From assembly GCA_002633005.1 (NCBI GenBank), contig NMRA01000265.1:129526-193525 (forward strand): a stretch of DNA of 64,000 nt, in the 5' to 3' direction. The first letter of the stretch is position 1. Each line of letters begins with the position of its first letter. The notes beneath the pieces were generated by a model. It worked only from the letters and a program-made list of their open reading frames with translations. It made no database searches and was not told where the DNA came from. Shown here one piece after another: positions 13,709 through 28,474 of this stretch. The translations under genes and the position numbers were made by a program. The stretch is from Phoronis australis. Its lineage: Eukaryota > Animalia > Phoronida.

Positions 13709-15416
13709 TGCTGGGTTCAGTTTCTAGCAACTAGTGTAAAAGTGATTGGTAATTTATTTAATGGCAATAACCTCTCTGAACTGACTCCAAACAGGTCGAC
13801 AGGGGTTAGCACCCTGATATAGTGTAATACCCAAGAGGTCACACAGTCAAGCAATTAAGTAACCACCTGAAGTATTTACACTCACAAGAAGCCACTGAAT
13901 GAGGTTAATGAATCCAACTAGCCTGCAGCATAAAAATCATATAAACGACTCAAGATTGATCGTAAAAGTCACATCATGATTCTTTTTGCAGGTAATAGTT
14001 ATCATTAGTACAATTATATTGAACCAGAGATGAGGCTTTTAGTCCTAGGAACAAGGCAGAATCGACCAAATGCCTAACTGCAGTTCTTGTAATTTATCTA
14101 CAGGCCAAGAGGCCTTATATGCCTTACATCCTGCATGGTATTGTGAGATAGCACAGTTTTCCAAATATCTCAACAAAAACATTTAACCCTCCCCCCAGAC
14201 ATCCGGATCGCAAAGAATTGCGTCCTTAGTTTCGCATCAACCTTAGCATATAACAAATGGCCACATCCCAATCGCCAAAATCAGTTTGTTTTCTTAAGAA
14301 GATTTTTTTCAAAATTTATAAACACATAAATGGCAATGACTTGCACAGTCGCTGGTGGGCAGATATGACCGCAAAAGTATTTGAAAAAGCCAGCCTCGTG
14401 ACAGGAGTTTACAGCATGAGCATGCTTTATGGATTATCCTTCCAGTAATAGCAGCTCTTAACAGGTTATAAACATAAGGAAAGTGTGTTAAAACAACAGA
14501 GAGTGGTCATCTACCAAATGCACTGCAACTGATTACCTGATCCAGGCTACGCCTACAGAACACAGACTAATTACGGTCATCATGTACTCATGTACAGCGC
14601 AGCTGTCATTTTTCAAATGCATCGTGGGACATAAAACATCCAGTGACATTACAGAAAACTAAATAGTGACTTGTAAAAAATCGGACCGAAAACACAACAC
14701 TCGTTTCTTGAGTTCACCATAATTGAAAACATGGGTCCACTGCAACATGTTTTTGTTGCGAGTATGACAAAACGACAATCATACAAAACTAAAAAAATTA
14801 AAGTGAGCTACAAATGCGAGGAATCAATACATGGACATGTAGCCAATCTTTTGCGCGGAAGGTTCTCCAGGCACTCATCATCCGACCACTACTAACACTA
14901 AGACCCAAGAAACTTAAGGAAACGCAACAAAACGCATAATATCGCGAGATTTCAACGCACATTAGCGAACAACCAGGTCACACTAGCTTAAGTCACTGAA
15001 TTCTTGCATCTATAGAATGGAGACCAGGTTTACACACATCTCCAACTTTTCAGTGCTGTTACCAGATGTTTACAAGCCAACAACTTTCCCACAATGCCCT
15101 TGAAAAATGGCTCTCAGCACCGCGAATGAGTAAATTTTGCTATACATGAAATCCCTGTAATTAACTAGAGCAACTAATCATATACCACGTAAACTTTTGA
15201 TGATTTAAATCATTTTTCATCTATTCTGTCTTAAAACATTCCATAATATAGTTAACTTAAAATTTCAATTTCCCTAACACCCTCTCACACAATTTATTGA
15301 AGAAAACTAAGGCACAATTCTGGTACCAGTTTTATCCTAGATAAAACAGATTCCATTGAATCTTTTTTGTTAAACTGTGGTCCCAATTTTACGATCTTTT
15401 ATCCATGGGCACTGCT

Positions 15417-15421
<5 letters not shown>

Positions 15422-15454
<33 letters not shown>
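15422..15454 (+). repeat. (AC)n microsatellite
   Basis: About 16 AC units. Confidence 0.95.
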
Positions 15455-15457
<3 letters not shown>

Positions 15458-16262
15458 TTTTATTCATTTAAGTATTTACCACTTTAATACAGCTTTCAAG
15501 AGCGAGAATACAATATATCTTTTCTAAATCCTATCAGAGCAGCTAGTAAATCTGCCGAGCAAACAGAAGACTTGACAGAGCTTCCTAACACAGATAGGAC
15601 ATGTAAAAGACCAATAACAGATACACTATCCAACAAGTAAAATTTGAAGCTGAAAGGCCACCAGCCCAGTCCTGAGTACTTGAAAGTTCAGAATACTGAC
15701 ATTGTGGACAGAGGTCATAAACCCAGGGTAAATAACCCCTTCATTAATCTCATAACTACTGTCCATAAGTTATCTGTGGATGACAATCTCAAAGCACTAC
15801 TGGAAACAGAAAACGTCCATCAAACAAACAGTGAAAATAGCTTCACGCTTGTGCTGTTTTGAATAGCTTTTCCCAGTTTTTGTATTCCAATCAATGATAG
15901 TTCTCGACAGAGACCTAATGTATTAAAATAGATAATAATTGTATCTCAGGTGTAATTATTCATTTTCTGAAGCTGCTATGGAGCCAGATAAACATTAACT
16001 ATGATATTGAAGTACCTTTCACACCCATGTTGATGCAGGTTTTTGGTAGCATCAGTCAGTATGAAAGATTAACTTAGGTCTCCCATCGAAATTAAAGTCC
16101 CCATTCAACAGCAGTGTCGATAATTCAATACAGTGTAAAAGATTAAGTTTAGTACCACCAGAGTAATATCGGCAGGTGTCACTGAGAATGACAGCTAGTG
16201 TTGTGATATTATTTGACCTTTTATTCAAATACTCACCATTTTACTATTATGGAAATTTTTAC

Positions 16263-16356
16263 TTCATTCATTATGTGAATATAATTATATACAATAACGC
16301 ATACCCAATTCATTCATTATGTGAATATAATTATATACGATACCGCATACCCAATT
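16263..16356 (+). repeat. ~45-bp tandem duplication
   Basis: TTCATTCATTATGTGAATATAATTATATACRATAMCGCATACCCAA x2. Confidence 0.9.
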
Positions 16357-19183
16357 CTCCGTATACACAAAACTGTGCATGCACAATGTTTTTGTACCCA
16401 CATCTTGCCAATAACTTTGAAGACTCATGCATCAAACACCAATGACTTCAGCGCAAGCTAACAATTGAAGCTGGTCTGAATGTTCAAATTCAACTAAGTT
16501 AGCAGTTTATATCAATACTCATTTTGAGTGTGAACCTTGAATTGTTGTCATGGTACACAAGACAATTATCAAATAATTTAAAACACTTTTCAAACTGTAT
16601 TTTCATTCTGTATGGGCTATTTTTATAAAAAAAGTAAATAGATTTTTTAATGTGAATCTTGCTAAACATTGCGGAATGCAGAACCTTGCAAAATGGAACA
16701 TACATTTTATCGTGTGAAATTTTCCAAGAATTAGGTATAGTCCCAGACTTTTTCCAACATTATAAATATGTGTCCTTGAGACAAATTTTGTTGAACACAC
16801 ATTTCATTTGTTTGGCCTGAATATGTGTCCCCACAACAATATGTGTGTGTCCCTAAAACTTGGAATAATATCACAATGGCATTCTATCCAATCATTGCCA
16901 ATAACATGACCTCTGTAAACAAATACTGACTTAGCTGCTGACATATTCCAAGACAAAAATTAGGGCATCTCTAAATTAATTATTCAAAAGAAGATAATTG
17001 ACAAACTTGCTTGTTAACAATTGTTCACCAACCTTCAGTGGTCAATTAGAGGCAATGGGGGTTTTCACACCTACTTTAGCTTACAGTGTCTGTTTGAGTT
17101 GCCTGTCTGGGAATGATGTCAGCAAGAACCTTAAGAGCATCTACCCTATGTTGTGCCCCTTTAACAAGTAGATAATTGGTTGATTACATTATCATTGCTT
17201 GTGTAACTTAGTTGTTGGAAATTAGAATCCGTGGCAAAATTTTTGACATGGGCGGAAGTTAGTCACTGACCCTGAGAAAATGGCATTTTCACGAAAACAA
17301 ATACACCGCTGGAAACTTACGGACATTAAAAATTATGCTTCCAGGCAAGCTTTTTAAAAACCTAGTTTCTTGGCCGGGTTAAAAAATAGAAGAAATGTGC
17401 GAGGCTGGTAGGCATTTATCAAAAACGTTCATCGCACAATCAGTTTGCATAAACAACTCAGTGATCTGGGTCCCCCTAACTCAAATTTCCAGATCCGCCC
17501 CTGTTTACAGCTCAGAAACGCATAAATGCATTTATGTTTTTCTATGCTTTTCATGTTATTGGTTCTGGTTGTCAAAACTAAATGACATACATTTCTCAAC
17601 ATCAATATTTGTACCCTGAATTCAGAGCTCGCAGAATGCAGACCCAGGTGAATGCCCAGCAGACAAGTGTAATTTAGAAGTACCATGCAATACCATGCAA
17701 GAAATCAAGTCTTGCTTCAATCTGTTAATTGCCCTGTCGACCTGACAAGCACGTGCACCCAAGCAGGGAAAGGTACATCAACCCCTGTCAATTGATGATA
17801 CAGATCAATATAAATTAGATGTCATAGAACTTAATTGCAGTGTCCGTTGACGAGGAAACAAACAAGACAAATTCATTTATCATTCTGCCAGATGAAATGA
17901 GAAGCTTGCCGCAGCAATCGCATTTCTCTCATTCATGCCATGTCTCGTTCTAGCTTTTCTGACGTTAAAATGAAAATAATTTCACACTTGAACACAACAT
18001 GACTTTGAGCAGTAAAGATATTTTCTGAAGGACATTTCGCTTAAAAAACTTGCAGAACAGCTAAAGCCATTTGCAAAATATCCAACGCTATTAGGCTTGA
18101 ATGTCAACCGTGTAATTGATAACAAAACGACCTTTGTCAAATCAGCATTAAATTCCTGTTTGAAGAACAGCAAATCTCCAGAAATTCAATTTAAAAGTTA
18201 ATTCATGTAACTTGTTTCAGCTGGAAGACTTGACACAGATCTGTTGCTCATGAGTACAAGCATTTTGGAAAAGTGAACAATGATATTTAAACAACAGTTG
18301 GTAACAATTTTAAAACTGCATGCTATTATACTATGTGAAAATCAAGTTTTTCCTTTTCCAATTTTTTTGAGAAAATTGCTTGTCTTAATTTACCATAATG
18401 CATCAGTACAGTGAAATATAAATATGTCAGATTTTACTCATCAACATGAGGGTCTGACATTGCCATGAACATCGCCATAATTAAACAATGTGTCCCCAAA
18501 CAACACAAGAGAAGCGGGTGACCCTCATCTTCACCAAACAGCATGCCTGATGACAAAACACTCAAGTGTATGCACAAAATACAAAACAAAACAAAAAAAC
18601 GAATCACATTTAGAATTCTACAGCAGAGGTGCGTTAGGATTCTGAATTAAACAAAGTGACAGCATAATGGAATGGCTGTACATTATTTTGTACAAGGCAC
18701 AACAAGCAGAAAAATCACAAGCCTTTATATGTGTGTGAGAAAAATGTGTTCAACATTATTACCCCACAGATGGCGTGGCACATGCAAGCTCCAATGCGTG
18801 CACATAGAAATAAATATCCCGTTCACGAAGCAATAGCCCAAAATAATCCAATAAATTGAACTGAATGACGTTTTACAAGACATTTGAAGTTTGATACACC
18901 CATGTTGCTATTATTTGTCACAATGAAGCCGCTCTTTATTGACATGTCCATCACAATTTTTACCTTTAGCAACTAACTAGAGCAAGAAGCCAGCGAACAC
19001 GGCTCAAATCAATGGAAGCCCAAGAGTTTTTTAATCTACTGTCATGATACGTAAGATCGGGCTGATAAAGATGAAAGGGGTAACACATTCAGGTCAGGAC
19101 CTTGTTACCTTGTTATATTTAAGACATTTTAGAAACCTAGTAAGAGGTTGGACACTATATCTGCAACAACAGAAAGCAGAAAA

Positions 19184-19281
19184 TAGTCTGATATAACATG
19201 CCCACATTTTAAGAACCAGTTGATGCCCATTATTCAGTGGAGAAAACTGGTTCTCAAATGCGGACACATCATTTGAGACTA
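19184..19281. repeat. ~95-bp hairpin repeat copy
   Basis: Same arms; loop in the opposite orientation to the 13.5-kb copies. Confidence 0.8.
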
Positions 19282-22200
19282 TTGACAAAAACACAATTTA
19301 CTACTGACACAATACAGGGGAAGTTACACTCAAAATATGAACAATTGGATGGTTCTTCAATTTGGTACAAAATAATTGCTAAAATAGCCATTTTTACAGA
19401 CTGAGGCTTACCACAAGTTTACCAAATGTCGTTTGCTGACTGGTAAACTACACAAAGCAGAGTAAAAGCAAAAAGTACAACCATTATTAAATACTGAACA
19501 GAGCAACTTACAACTAATGGCCCATTAGGTCTTCAACAGTCAGAAGCAAGAATCATTTCTGGACTGAAAGGCTGAAATGGAGGCATCAAAGCTGCCTGTC
19601 TACTAGTTTACATGTCCAAAGTCAAAATTTAACCCAACGAAATGGAATTTATGCCTGTCAATTGCCATGGAAAGCTTCAAACAAACCACTTATAAGTGAA
19701 AAAATGAAACAAAAACAAATGTTTGAAAATCGCAAGGTTGGCCAGCCTTTCCAAATTATGGCCGGCCATTTCAATCACTTGCAGGTTATTCCAAATAAAT
19801 GTTAGAACCAACAATATCTGAAGAGGAAACTTAGTTCAGCCTGAATTACATGAATTTCTTCATTTCACAATAAAGCCTAAAGCAGTTATCAAAAAGGAAG
19901 TGTATCTTTAATTCTGAAATGGCAAGTTTTACCAAACCATTATTCTTATCTACAACATGTAATTCCAGGCATTCACACACCTTGGTAAAAATGTATTATT
20001 GAAATGTTTGGAATTTTGTGAACGTGATGACCAAAACGCGGCAACTGACCTGTTGGCCACTGTTTAATGAAAATCTAAATTTGCTATTGATGGTAAAGGC
20101 CACGACATTACATGCTTTAGTGGTTCCATACACTTACAGTAGTTAACCTGCATTTAAAAGTTCATCCTTTTTAAATACTAATACAGTTAAAAACACTCAC
20201 GGGGTCAGAGGTAAGTTCCACACAAAGGATGCAATTTCAAAACTCTATCTTAACAGCTAACCAATTGTTAGGAGTTGGTGATTTAAATCCATTTTGACAG
20301 AGAGTCAATTGAAATAGATCAATCAAGTTAAGTGTCACATTAAGAGGTCTCCCCAAGATACGAAAACATTTGTGATGCAGACCCATCACTTTTAAATCCT
20401 TTTTCACCAACTTAACTTTAGCAATAAACCAGCATCGATGTTAAGTGCAAACTTAACTTTCCCCACAAACTTCAATACTTAAGGGTCAATAAAGTTACCA
20501 CAAGATGGCGCTGTGAAAACGTCATGCATAGGCAATGTTCAAGATGAACAATCGTATACAGTTCTGAAATTAAATTAAATGAACTTCTTATAACAAAAGA
20601 CTGGTCAATATTTTAACAACACATAAAATAAGAAAATATCATGAAAATATCACGCCTCATTCATTGATAACAAAACCTGTCAATAGTAGTCCAACGACAT
20701 AGAGCTTTCACACATTGAAGCTTCAATGCTTACGTTAAAAATCTGCCGATTTAGTGCGATCATTACTTGCGATTTTTAACTAACATCCAAAACCAATTGA
20801 ACCATTCAAACATCAACATTGGTGTGAAAGCCATTAATGTCGCTTTCCCGCCAACACCTCAACTTTCCTTTTGCAGAGTTCCATTCTATGGGAAAGTGGT
20901 ACTTTCGGACTTAACTAACCATCGCCACTCCTATCCAAAATACGTGGATTATTAAAGAGTGGAGTTGTACCACTACGCTTCAGTGGGAAATGTTAACTCA
21001 ACTTCGGCTGGTGTAATCACTAGAGGTCGCCGCCTGAGACTTACTAAGGCATTGCTGCATCTTTCATAACTATCAATTGCCAAATATAAAGGAATAAAGA
21101 TAACAGAGATCTAACAGAGAATAACACTGATCAGCTTGGCGTTATTCACCATAAATAAACCACCTAGTGTTTAAGTCACAGAATCACAGAAGTAAGGGTA
21201 ACTCCAAGGTTGGGAAAGGCAAGTGGAGTTGCCATAGACAGGAGTTCCTCCCTGTGGTGTTAGTGGGAAAGCGACATAACAGTAGGGTTACCATCTCACA
21301 TAATCCCTGAATAATCAACTCATAATTCAGCTGTTTAGCCTCATCCCTTATCTAACCATGACCATCATTAGCTTCATTTGACCAATTGATATCAAACTAG
21401 TTGGAAGCAGCTATTCAAATAAGGCCAAGCTTTCAATAATTCAATAATCCAAGGAAATCGTGTAGGCAAGATTACTAGGGCTAGGCTAGATTGCTTTCGA
21501 AGTTACTTTTGCAAATCTACTACCATGTTCATCATAGACAATGAAATATAACTTTTTCTCATATATTGCTAACCTAAAATTCAATGACTTCTTACATGGT
21601 CAATCTAAATCAGGTTCACATCACCTTAGTCTTCCACTTAACACAATCAAGTTAGCAAAATATGGGTAGTTCTTTTATTATTCCTGTAGACCCTGCTCTG
21701 TGCACAAAATGACAAATGGTGACAAGCCAATTTATTAAGCTTGTCTCAAACAATAACGAACAGTCACAGTTCTTCCTAACCATGAAATCACCTCCAATTG
21801 GACAAGGTAACAACTTGAGACCAATGTCATCATCACAGCAAGAGGTCAAAATCAAATTTGATTTGAGAGCCACTTAGAAGAGTTTTAACCACCTGATTTG
21901 AAACTGGAAACACAGAAGCACATTTGTATATGCGCCATAACCTCAAATGAATAAACCCACCTGACTGTCATCTATAGTCACATAAACTGTTCATTTCTCA
22001 AGAATATGCTGAGAGTCCATGCTTTTTTTTCAATACTTTGTTACCCTACTAATGAAAATTGCAGTGTTTCTACTGATAAGTGCAATGTTTCTAACACCTG
22101 AGCACTGAAATACCAGCATTCAGTCGCAGATCTACAGGATGAAAAATGTTCGTCTGCGTTAGTCCTTAAAGTTCGCAAAATATTCTGTGTTCATGTGTGA

Positions 22201-25040
22201 TGCAAAGAAGACGTATCTTTGCTCAAAAGAACATGTGCAGAGCAAAATTCTACTTTGTTGCCCAGCTAATTAATTAGAGTCTGTATTCCACTCATGTCTA
22301 GAGAAAGGATGCAAAACATGTAATCAAGTTGGCTGTCAGTCAGGTTTCCAGGCCAGGTGCATGAAATCATGGGTGCATACAAAGAACAGTCTACAAATGT
22401 CTGTTTTTGTCAATATCCTGCTGGAAAAACACACACCTCTTACACACGAGGGACAAAAATGATAACAGATTCATGTTTTTGTTGGTAACTAAAATTATAC
22501 AACTCACACAACAGCAAGGAATATTACGAGATTCAATATCATGCGCTTAAGGAGGCTTAATTTATTTTTCGATGGCTGCTAAATGCAGTTTTAAATCCAA
22601 AATCTAAAGATAGTACACTGCAACTTTTATGGTGTAGTGCGATTGCTGCATCACCATGAAACAAAGCAACGTAATGTGTGAGAGGCTAATATCTTAAGGC
22701 ACCGATATTTTATTCACCAAATGGTGCTCTCAAGTGGTGTAACTAGAATACAGCGGAAGCCCTGAAGTGGGACACAGGAACAGTGTAAACCTTCCCAAGG
22801 CAGCTATGGTGTTGTTTTCCCCATATCTAGTAATGCAACATGTCCATTTAACACCAAAGTGTGCATGCTATCACAGCTCCATTTAACACAGAAAGTGTGG
22901 ATTGCATTCTATCATAGCTCCATTTGCGAAGTAACTATACCTACCACGTGATTGATTGTGATCTCATTTTAAAATGGATTTTAAAAGGCATGGGATCCTG
23001 AAAATTCTATTCAATAGTTCCTTGGTTCATCTCCTTTAACACTTATCAACGGAGAATTTTAACCATTTTGAGTACCCTAATTGCACATATTTAAGCAGAA
23101 TAATGTTCTTTCTAAAACGAATTAACTTGATTGTCTCACATCAAAGAGCATGTGCATAAGTTTCACTTATATGCATGTCTCAAATTGGATATTTTTGTAC
23201 ATTTTTTGTCAAATCCTCACATTTCATATAATAACTGGTGCTGAATGAAATGCAATGGTCAACATCTATCATTTCTTAATTTTCCTGCACGAAACGTACC
23301 CTTTGATTTTACTCAAGTGCTTCATGTATGGGCACATGCCTTAGTACAATGCACAAACACAGATTTATATGTGCACAAAGACATATATACAGGTAACCAC
23401 ACAGGATGAATATCTCACTAACCCTTAGAGGATACCATTAGGCTCTTATCATGACTATATTAGATAAATTTTAACATTTTTACAAAGTTGGAGTATACCC
23501 CATAAAATGAAAATCTTGTTCAGTATCTATTCACTCTTCAAGGCTGTGAAGAGCCGAAGAAAAATGAATAAATTTGTCTATTTTTAGAACATCGTATCTC
23601 AGACTGATCGGATTCACATGAAATTTTCACATAGTACTTTTTATGCACTGTTCTACAAAATTCTGCTAGGATTTGTCTGCATTTTTGCATGAAGGTTACG
23701 AAAAGACTTTCGTGATTTTCGCGAAAAATTAGCAAAGTTGCATAGAGCCCCGAGCCAAAATGAAAGACAACTTAGAAAACTATAACAAAGACTTTGAGAT
23801 TTCATCTTGAACATTTGTATTGAACGAAATTTGGTCATGTTATTGATACCGCTGTTTTGCTGTCAATGTACCTTTCTACTTTTTGCTAAATTTTACTAAA
23901 AATACATAGCATTGCCACATATAACAATAAAAGGGAGATTGGTAAATAAGCCACAAATCCAATTCCTCATTGCTAAGGCTTTCTACTTTCAGAACATATA
24001 CAACTTTACTGCTTAGTAGACACTTGGCTAAGTACACCGACTACATAACCTAGTATCATTTGACTTAAAAAGACATGCTCAGAAATCAGCTGTTCAAATG
24101 TCTCATCAATAACTGGTCAATGAGACACTCTAACATCTGTTTGTGCACAAGGAACAAGAACTCACCAGGCCATAAATCACAACCTATCATCAACAATAAC
24201 TTGACTTTTGAAATGTTTCCTAACATTATTTCACAGCAGCCCAGCTTTAATCAAATGTATTAAACTTTATTCATAGATCATAAGCTGGATTCTGTGAGTA
24301 TACTTCAGGGATTAGGGTTTCATGCCTGTCACAAAGGCCAATGGCCAGGCTTTTATTAATGTGATTTACAGGCATGTACTTTGGTCATACAAATGTTAAA
24401 ACTGCTCGTCATCCCATTTAGGGGTGGAGATACCAAAATTAAGACTGCATTTCCTCACTCAACAGAATCAGAAGAAAATAATCTCGCCATGACAGTACTT
24501 TATTTATGTTGCCACACAGAACGCATAACTGGACAAAAATGCCTTAGAAAATCATAGGAGTGGTCAGTACATAAAACAGCTGAGGGCCTCAGAAAATCAA
24601 ATCACATCCTATCAATCTGAATGTTGAAACCCATCCTATCATGGCAAGAAAAGTCTTAAAGTCCAAGTTTATGTGTCACTTTAAGAAGTTAATGGGGAGG
24701 AAATGCATCAGACATTCACAAAATTTATAAAACAAGGAAGTGATGATAATAAAATCAAAAAGTACACTGCATAGCCAATAGCTCAGAAATATACTACCAG
24801 GCAATGGCTAGTTGACCTAAACAACCAAAGATCAAAGTCAGTATATATACAAGACCTAATTTGCACAAGATTGCGTAATATGTAGTTTAGGCATAACTAA
24901 TTACATCAATACAATTAGCGCACAGATAACCTAATGCAGCTAAGCTAGTACTTTCTAATTGAATGACGTTGATCAGCACCATGTTGTTGTTTTGCACTGC
25001 ATAATCGCATTACAGAATGGCCTAAATGCAACTTATTGAT

Positions 25041-26009
25041 TTTGTACACAAGTTGATGTTTGTACAATGACAAAACACTCCAATAAAGTTGGAAAATTTA
25101 TCATGGCAGTCATGACACTGGCTACATGCAACAGAATAGTACAACTTCAATCCACTTTATCACCTTGCACGCATCTGATCTTTCAGTAAAAAAAGTATTG
25201 AAAGTCATGTCTCTCAACCAGGACAACCATTTGCAATATCCACTCTTAAAATTTAATTACCGAAGAAACGAACAACACAGTTAACATGGGACAAAAAATT
25301 TTAAATCGAAAATTTAAATCGAAAATTTAAATCGAAAATTCACTAGACAAAGAAGTTCTCAAATTTTAAGATTATTAGCCCAGTGTCAGTTAAATGTACA
25401 CAAACACCTTGGAACATGTTCAATTAACAGATATAACAATCAACACTATTAATTAGAATCTTGCAAAGTACCGTAATCGTTCGGGTTAACGCCCTGGGCG
25501 GTTAAATTGGCGAACCCAAAAAATCGGGGGTGGGCGGTTAACCAGACATGGGCGCTTAAACGTGAAATTTCAAGAAATCNTTTGTACACAAGTTGATGTT
25601 TGTACAATGACAAAACACTCCAATAAAGTTGGAAAATTTATCATGGCAGTCATGACACTGGCTACATGCAACAGAATAGTACAACTTCAATCCACTTTAT
25701 CACGTTGCACGCATCTGATCTTTCAGTAAAAAAAGTATTGAAAGTCATGTCTCTCAACCAGGACAACCATTTGCAATATCCACTCTTAAAATTTAATTAC
25801 CGAAGACACGAACAACACAGTTAACATGGGACAAAAAATTTAAATCGAAAATTTAAATCGAAAATTTAAATCGAAAATTTACTCGACAAAGAAGTTCTCA
25901 AATTTTAAGATTATTAGCCCAGTGTCAGTTAAATGTACACAAACACCTTGGAACATGTTCAATTAACAGATATAACAATCAACACTATTAATTAGAATCT
26001 TGCAAAGTA
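25041..26009 (+). repeat. ~430-bp near-identical direct duplication across a contig join (25041-25470 and 25581-26009)
   Basis: The copies differ at only a handful of positions; each contains (AAATCGAAAATTT)x3. Confidence 0.95.
25471..25579 (+). mobile_element. 5' end of a TA-inserted CCGTA-type MITE, truncated at a contig join
   Basis: TA|CCGTAATCGTTCGGGTTAACGCCC...GGGCGGTTAA internal palindromes; ends at the N at 25580. Confidence 0.65.
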
Positions 26010-28033
26010 GGTTCTTGGATAAATGCGCCCAAATTACTGAATATGACCAAAATAGCTGTGATTCGTTGAAGAAAACTGTACATAGAAGGCAACAGTTTTT
26101 GTTAGAACAGCATTCAGCCACACCTATAAAGTGAACAAGGTATGTCCATGGTTTTGTTTTCAATTTACTTCTTTCTATGTGCAAATTAGGAATATTTGTG
26201 CCGTAGGATGTTCAAATTAACATGCATTAAATATAACGAAACTAATGAAAAATCAGTTTCAAACGCTACGTGCAAAGTCAGTTTACAAATCCAGTGAATG
26301 AAATTTATTAAGATGAAGCTAATTAGTAAAACAATATCATAAATGACGCAGCAATTAGCAATTAAACATTAAGATTTTTCAAAACGATTTAATTTACACA
26401 GTGTTGTTATGACGTAGTCTTGCAGGAAATAAAACGACTAAAATGCGCATTCAGTCACTGGCCTACACCAACATATTAAATCTAAATGATATATTTTGAA
26501 TATTCTGGATAAGCAAGCATATTGTGTACATGAAACAACTCCATCATTGGAAGATTTGGACCAGGTATAAAGACGATGAAATCAGATGAATGCATTTTGA
26601 CTAGTACAACGCAGCTTGACTATCCGCCGACTCTGTTACTGTCTTCTTGTGATTTAACATCACGTGACAAATACCCCATGCCTTTTAGAATGTAAGCATC
26701 AGACCCTCGTTCAATACAGTTAATTAATAGGGATAAAGTATTCCGAAATTTGTTAAAGAATACTTCAATATTTTATGGCATCAATTTGCCATACGCAACA
26801 GAAGTAGTTCAACGAAAGAAGGGGATGGAAAATACCAAGTCTTCTGCTCTCTACTCAAGGAGACATGGAATGGTTCTTTCCTCATCATGCACCTTCTCTA
26901 GTATTATCTAAATGTGTATTCACATGAGCAGACAGTGTGCAGCTCATTACAGTGTAAGGTTGGCACCAGAAAATTTAAAGATATGCTACATAAAAGGCTA
27001 GGTTGGACTACTGAACTATGGTACTGTACAGGATCACTGCAGTCCAGACACTACAGTAAGCCTCTTATTACACTGTCTACAAACCACCTATGTTTCAATT
27101 GACTGACTGCTCATGAAGTCCTAGTCAACATAGCTCCTATAGGTTAACCTGATCGAGCATTTTGGATAAGCGCCCACCTCTGTGTCTTCCCGAAAATTTT
27201 GTTTTATTACCCATGCTCAGATTAACTTCCATCCCCTAATTTACAAGTTGCCAATTTAAGTGCCAAAGATGTAAACCGGATGTGTACAGTAAACTCAATT
27301 GGCAACAGAACAGAAAATATAGGGTACATGTTTTTAAAAAACCAACAATATTTCATAATGATTCTTAATGCTTTACAGACGGACTGGCAATGGTGTTAGC
27401 AAACTGAACACAGACCTCCACTTGCAATGCATAAAAATACAACTAGAGCAGCGTCAAATCAGACAACAGCCACCATAGCTAACAGTTGCATTCAGCACTA
27501 TAAATGCACAAGGAAAAGGGACTTTCACCTGCTGATGTAGCAGTGGAGCGACAGTAATAGTGGTATTGCTTGGAGCATTTTTGTTCATCAACAAGTACGA
27601 AAGTACGATTTACTGTAATATCAATTCTGTTCATGAGATACCTCCAACTCAATACGTCCCAGAAAGGCATTTATGGGAATAAATAGCTGTTAGCACACCT
27701 AAATGTATTCCAATTACATTTTAAAAAGTAAGTTTGTGGAAATTCAAATGCGCTTCATTTTAGATGTTCAGTAACAATGTAATGTGTGAACCAGAGTATT
27801 CTTAAGTTAGCATTGATTGAAACATAATCACAAGGAGACGTTTCAAAATTTAAAAAAAAATAAACAGCTTTGCTTATTCCTATACTGAAACTTGAATTGT
27901 AGATTGTCATGCTAACTTCAACGCGGCCTGATGTGCTTTAGGTTATAAAATCATTCAATAAATGTTGCACCACGTTGGAAGAACCGCTAGACATTGGGTC
28001 TTCAAACAAAAAAGCGGGATTTTTAAAACTTAC

Positions 28034-28474
28034 CTCAAACTCAAAATCGTCTTGTTCAGCTAGCAGTAAATCTTCTGCAATCTCTCCTAAGATCGTACAC
28101 GATGTTGTCCATGGTTCCAAAGGAGGTAATGTCAAATTCGACGCGCTCATTTTCTTTGACAGTCGTCTCACTATTTTGGGCGATAACGTAAGCATCAACG
28201 ATCGCCGTTTGGAACGTGGCGACTTAGCGGCAAAATCTGCGAAACTGGGATTGTCCGGAGACAGCAGGTTTGACCGCAGATTCTTATCAGTTCTTCCTTC
28301 TGGAGGTTCCGACTTTCTGTCAGTTCGCAGCATAACAGTGTCATCGTATGAGCAGGAATGTACAAGACCTTTGAGGTCGTGTGGTGCCGACTGTCTTTTT
28401 CTCAACGTGGGCGTGAATGCGCCACGCTCTGGTCCGCCCAGAGGAACATTTAGCCTTTCCACATTCAGGGACAT
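28034..28474 (-). CDS. Large alternative N-terminal coding exon (147 aa, disordered Ser/Arg/Pro-rich, RKRQSAP and KRRS motifs) ending ...QDDFEFE
   Basis: Longest real ORF in the window, CpG/GC-enriched, caaaATG start; consensus donor GAG|GTAAGT exactly at codon 147 (phase 0); possible upstream acceptor aatttag| at 28497. Confidence 0.75.
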
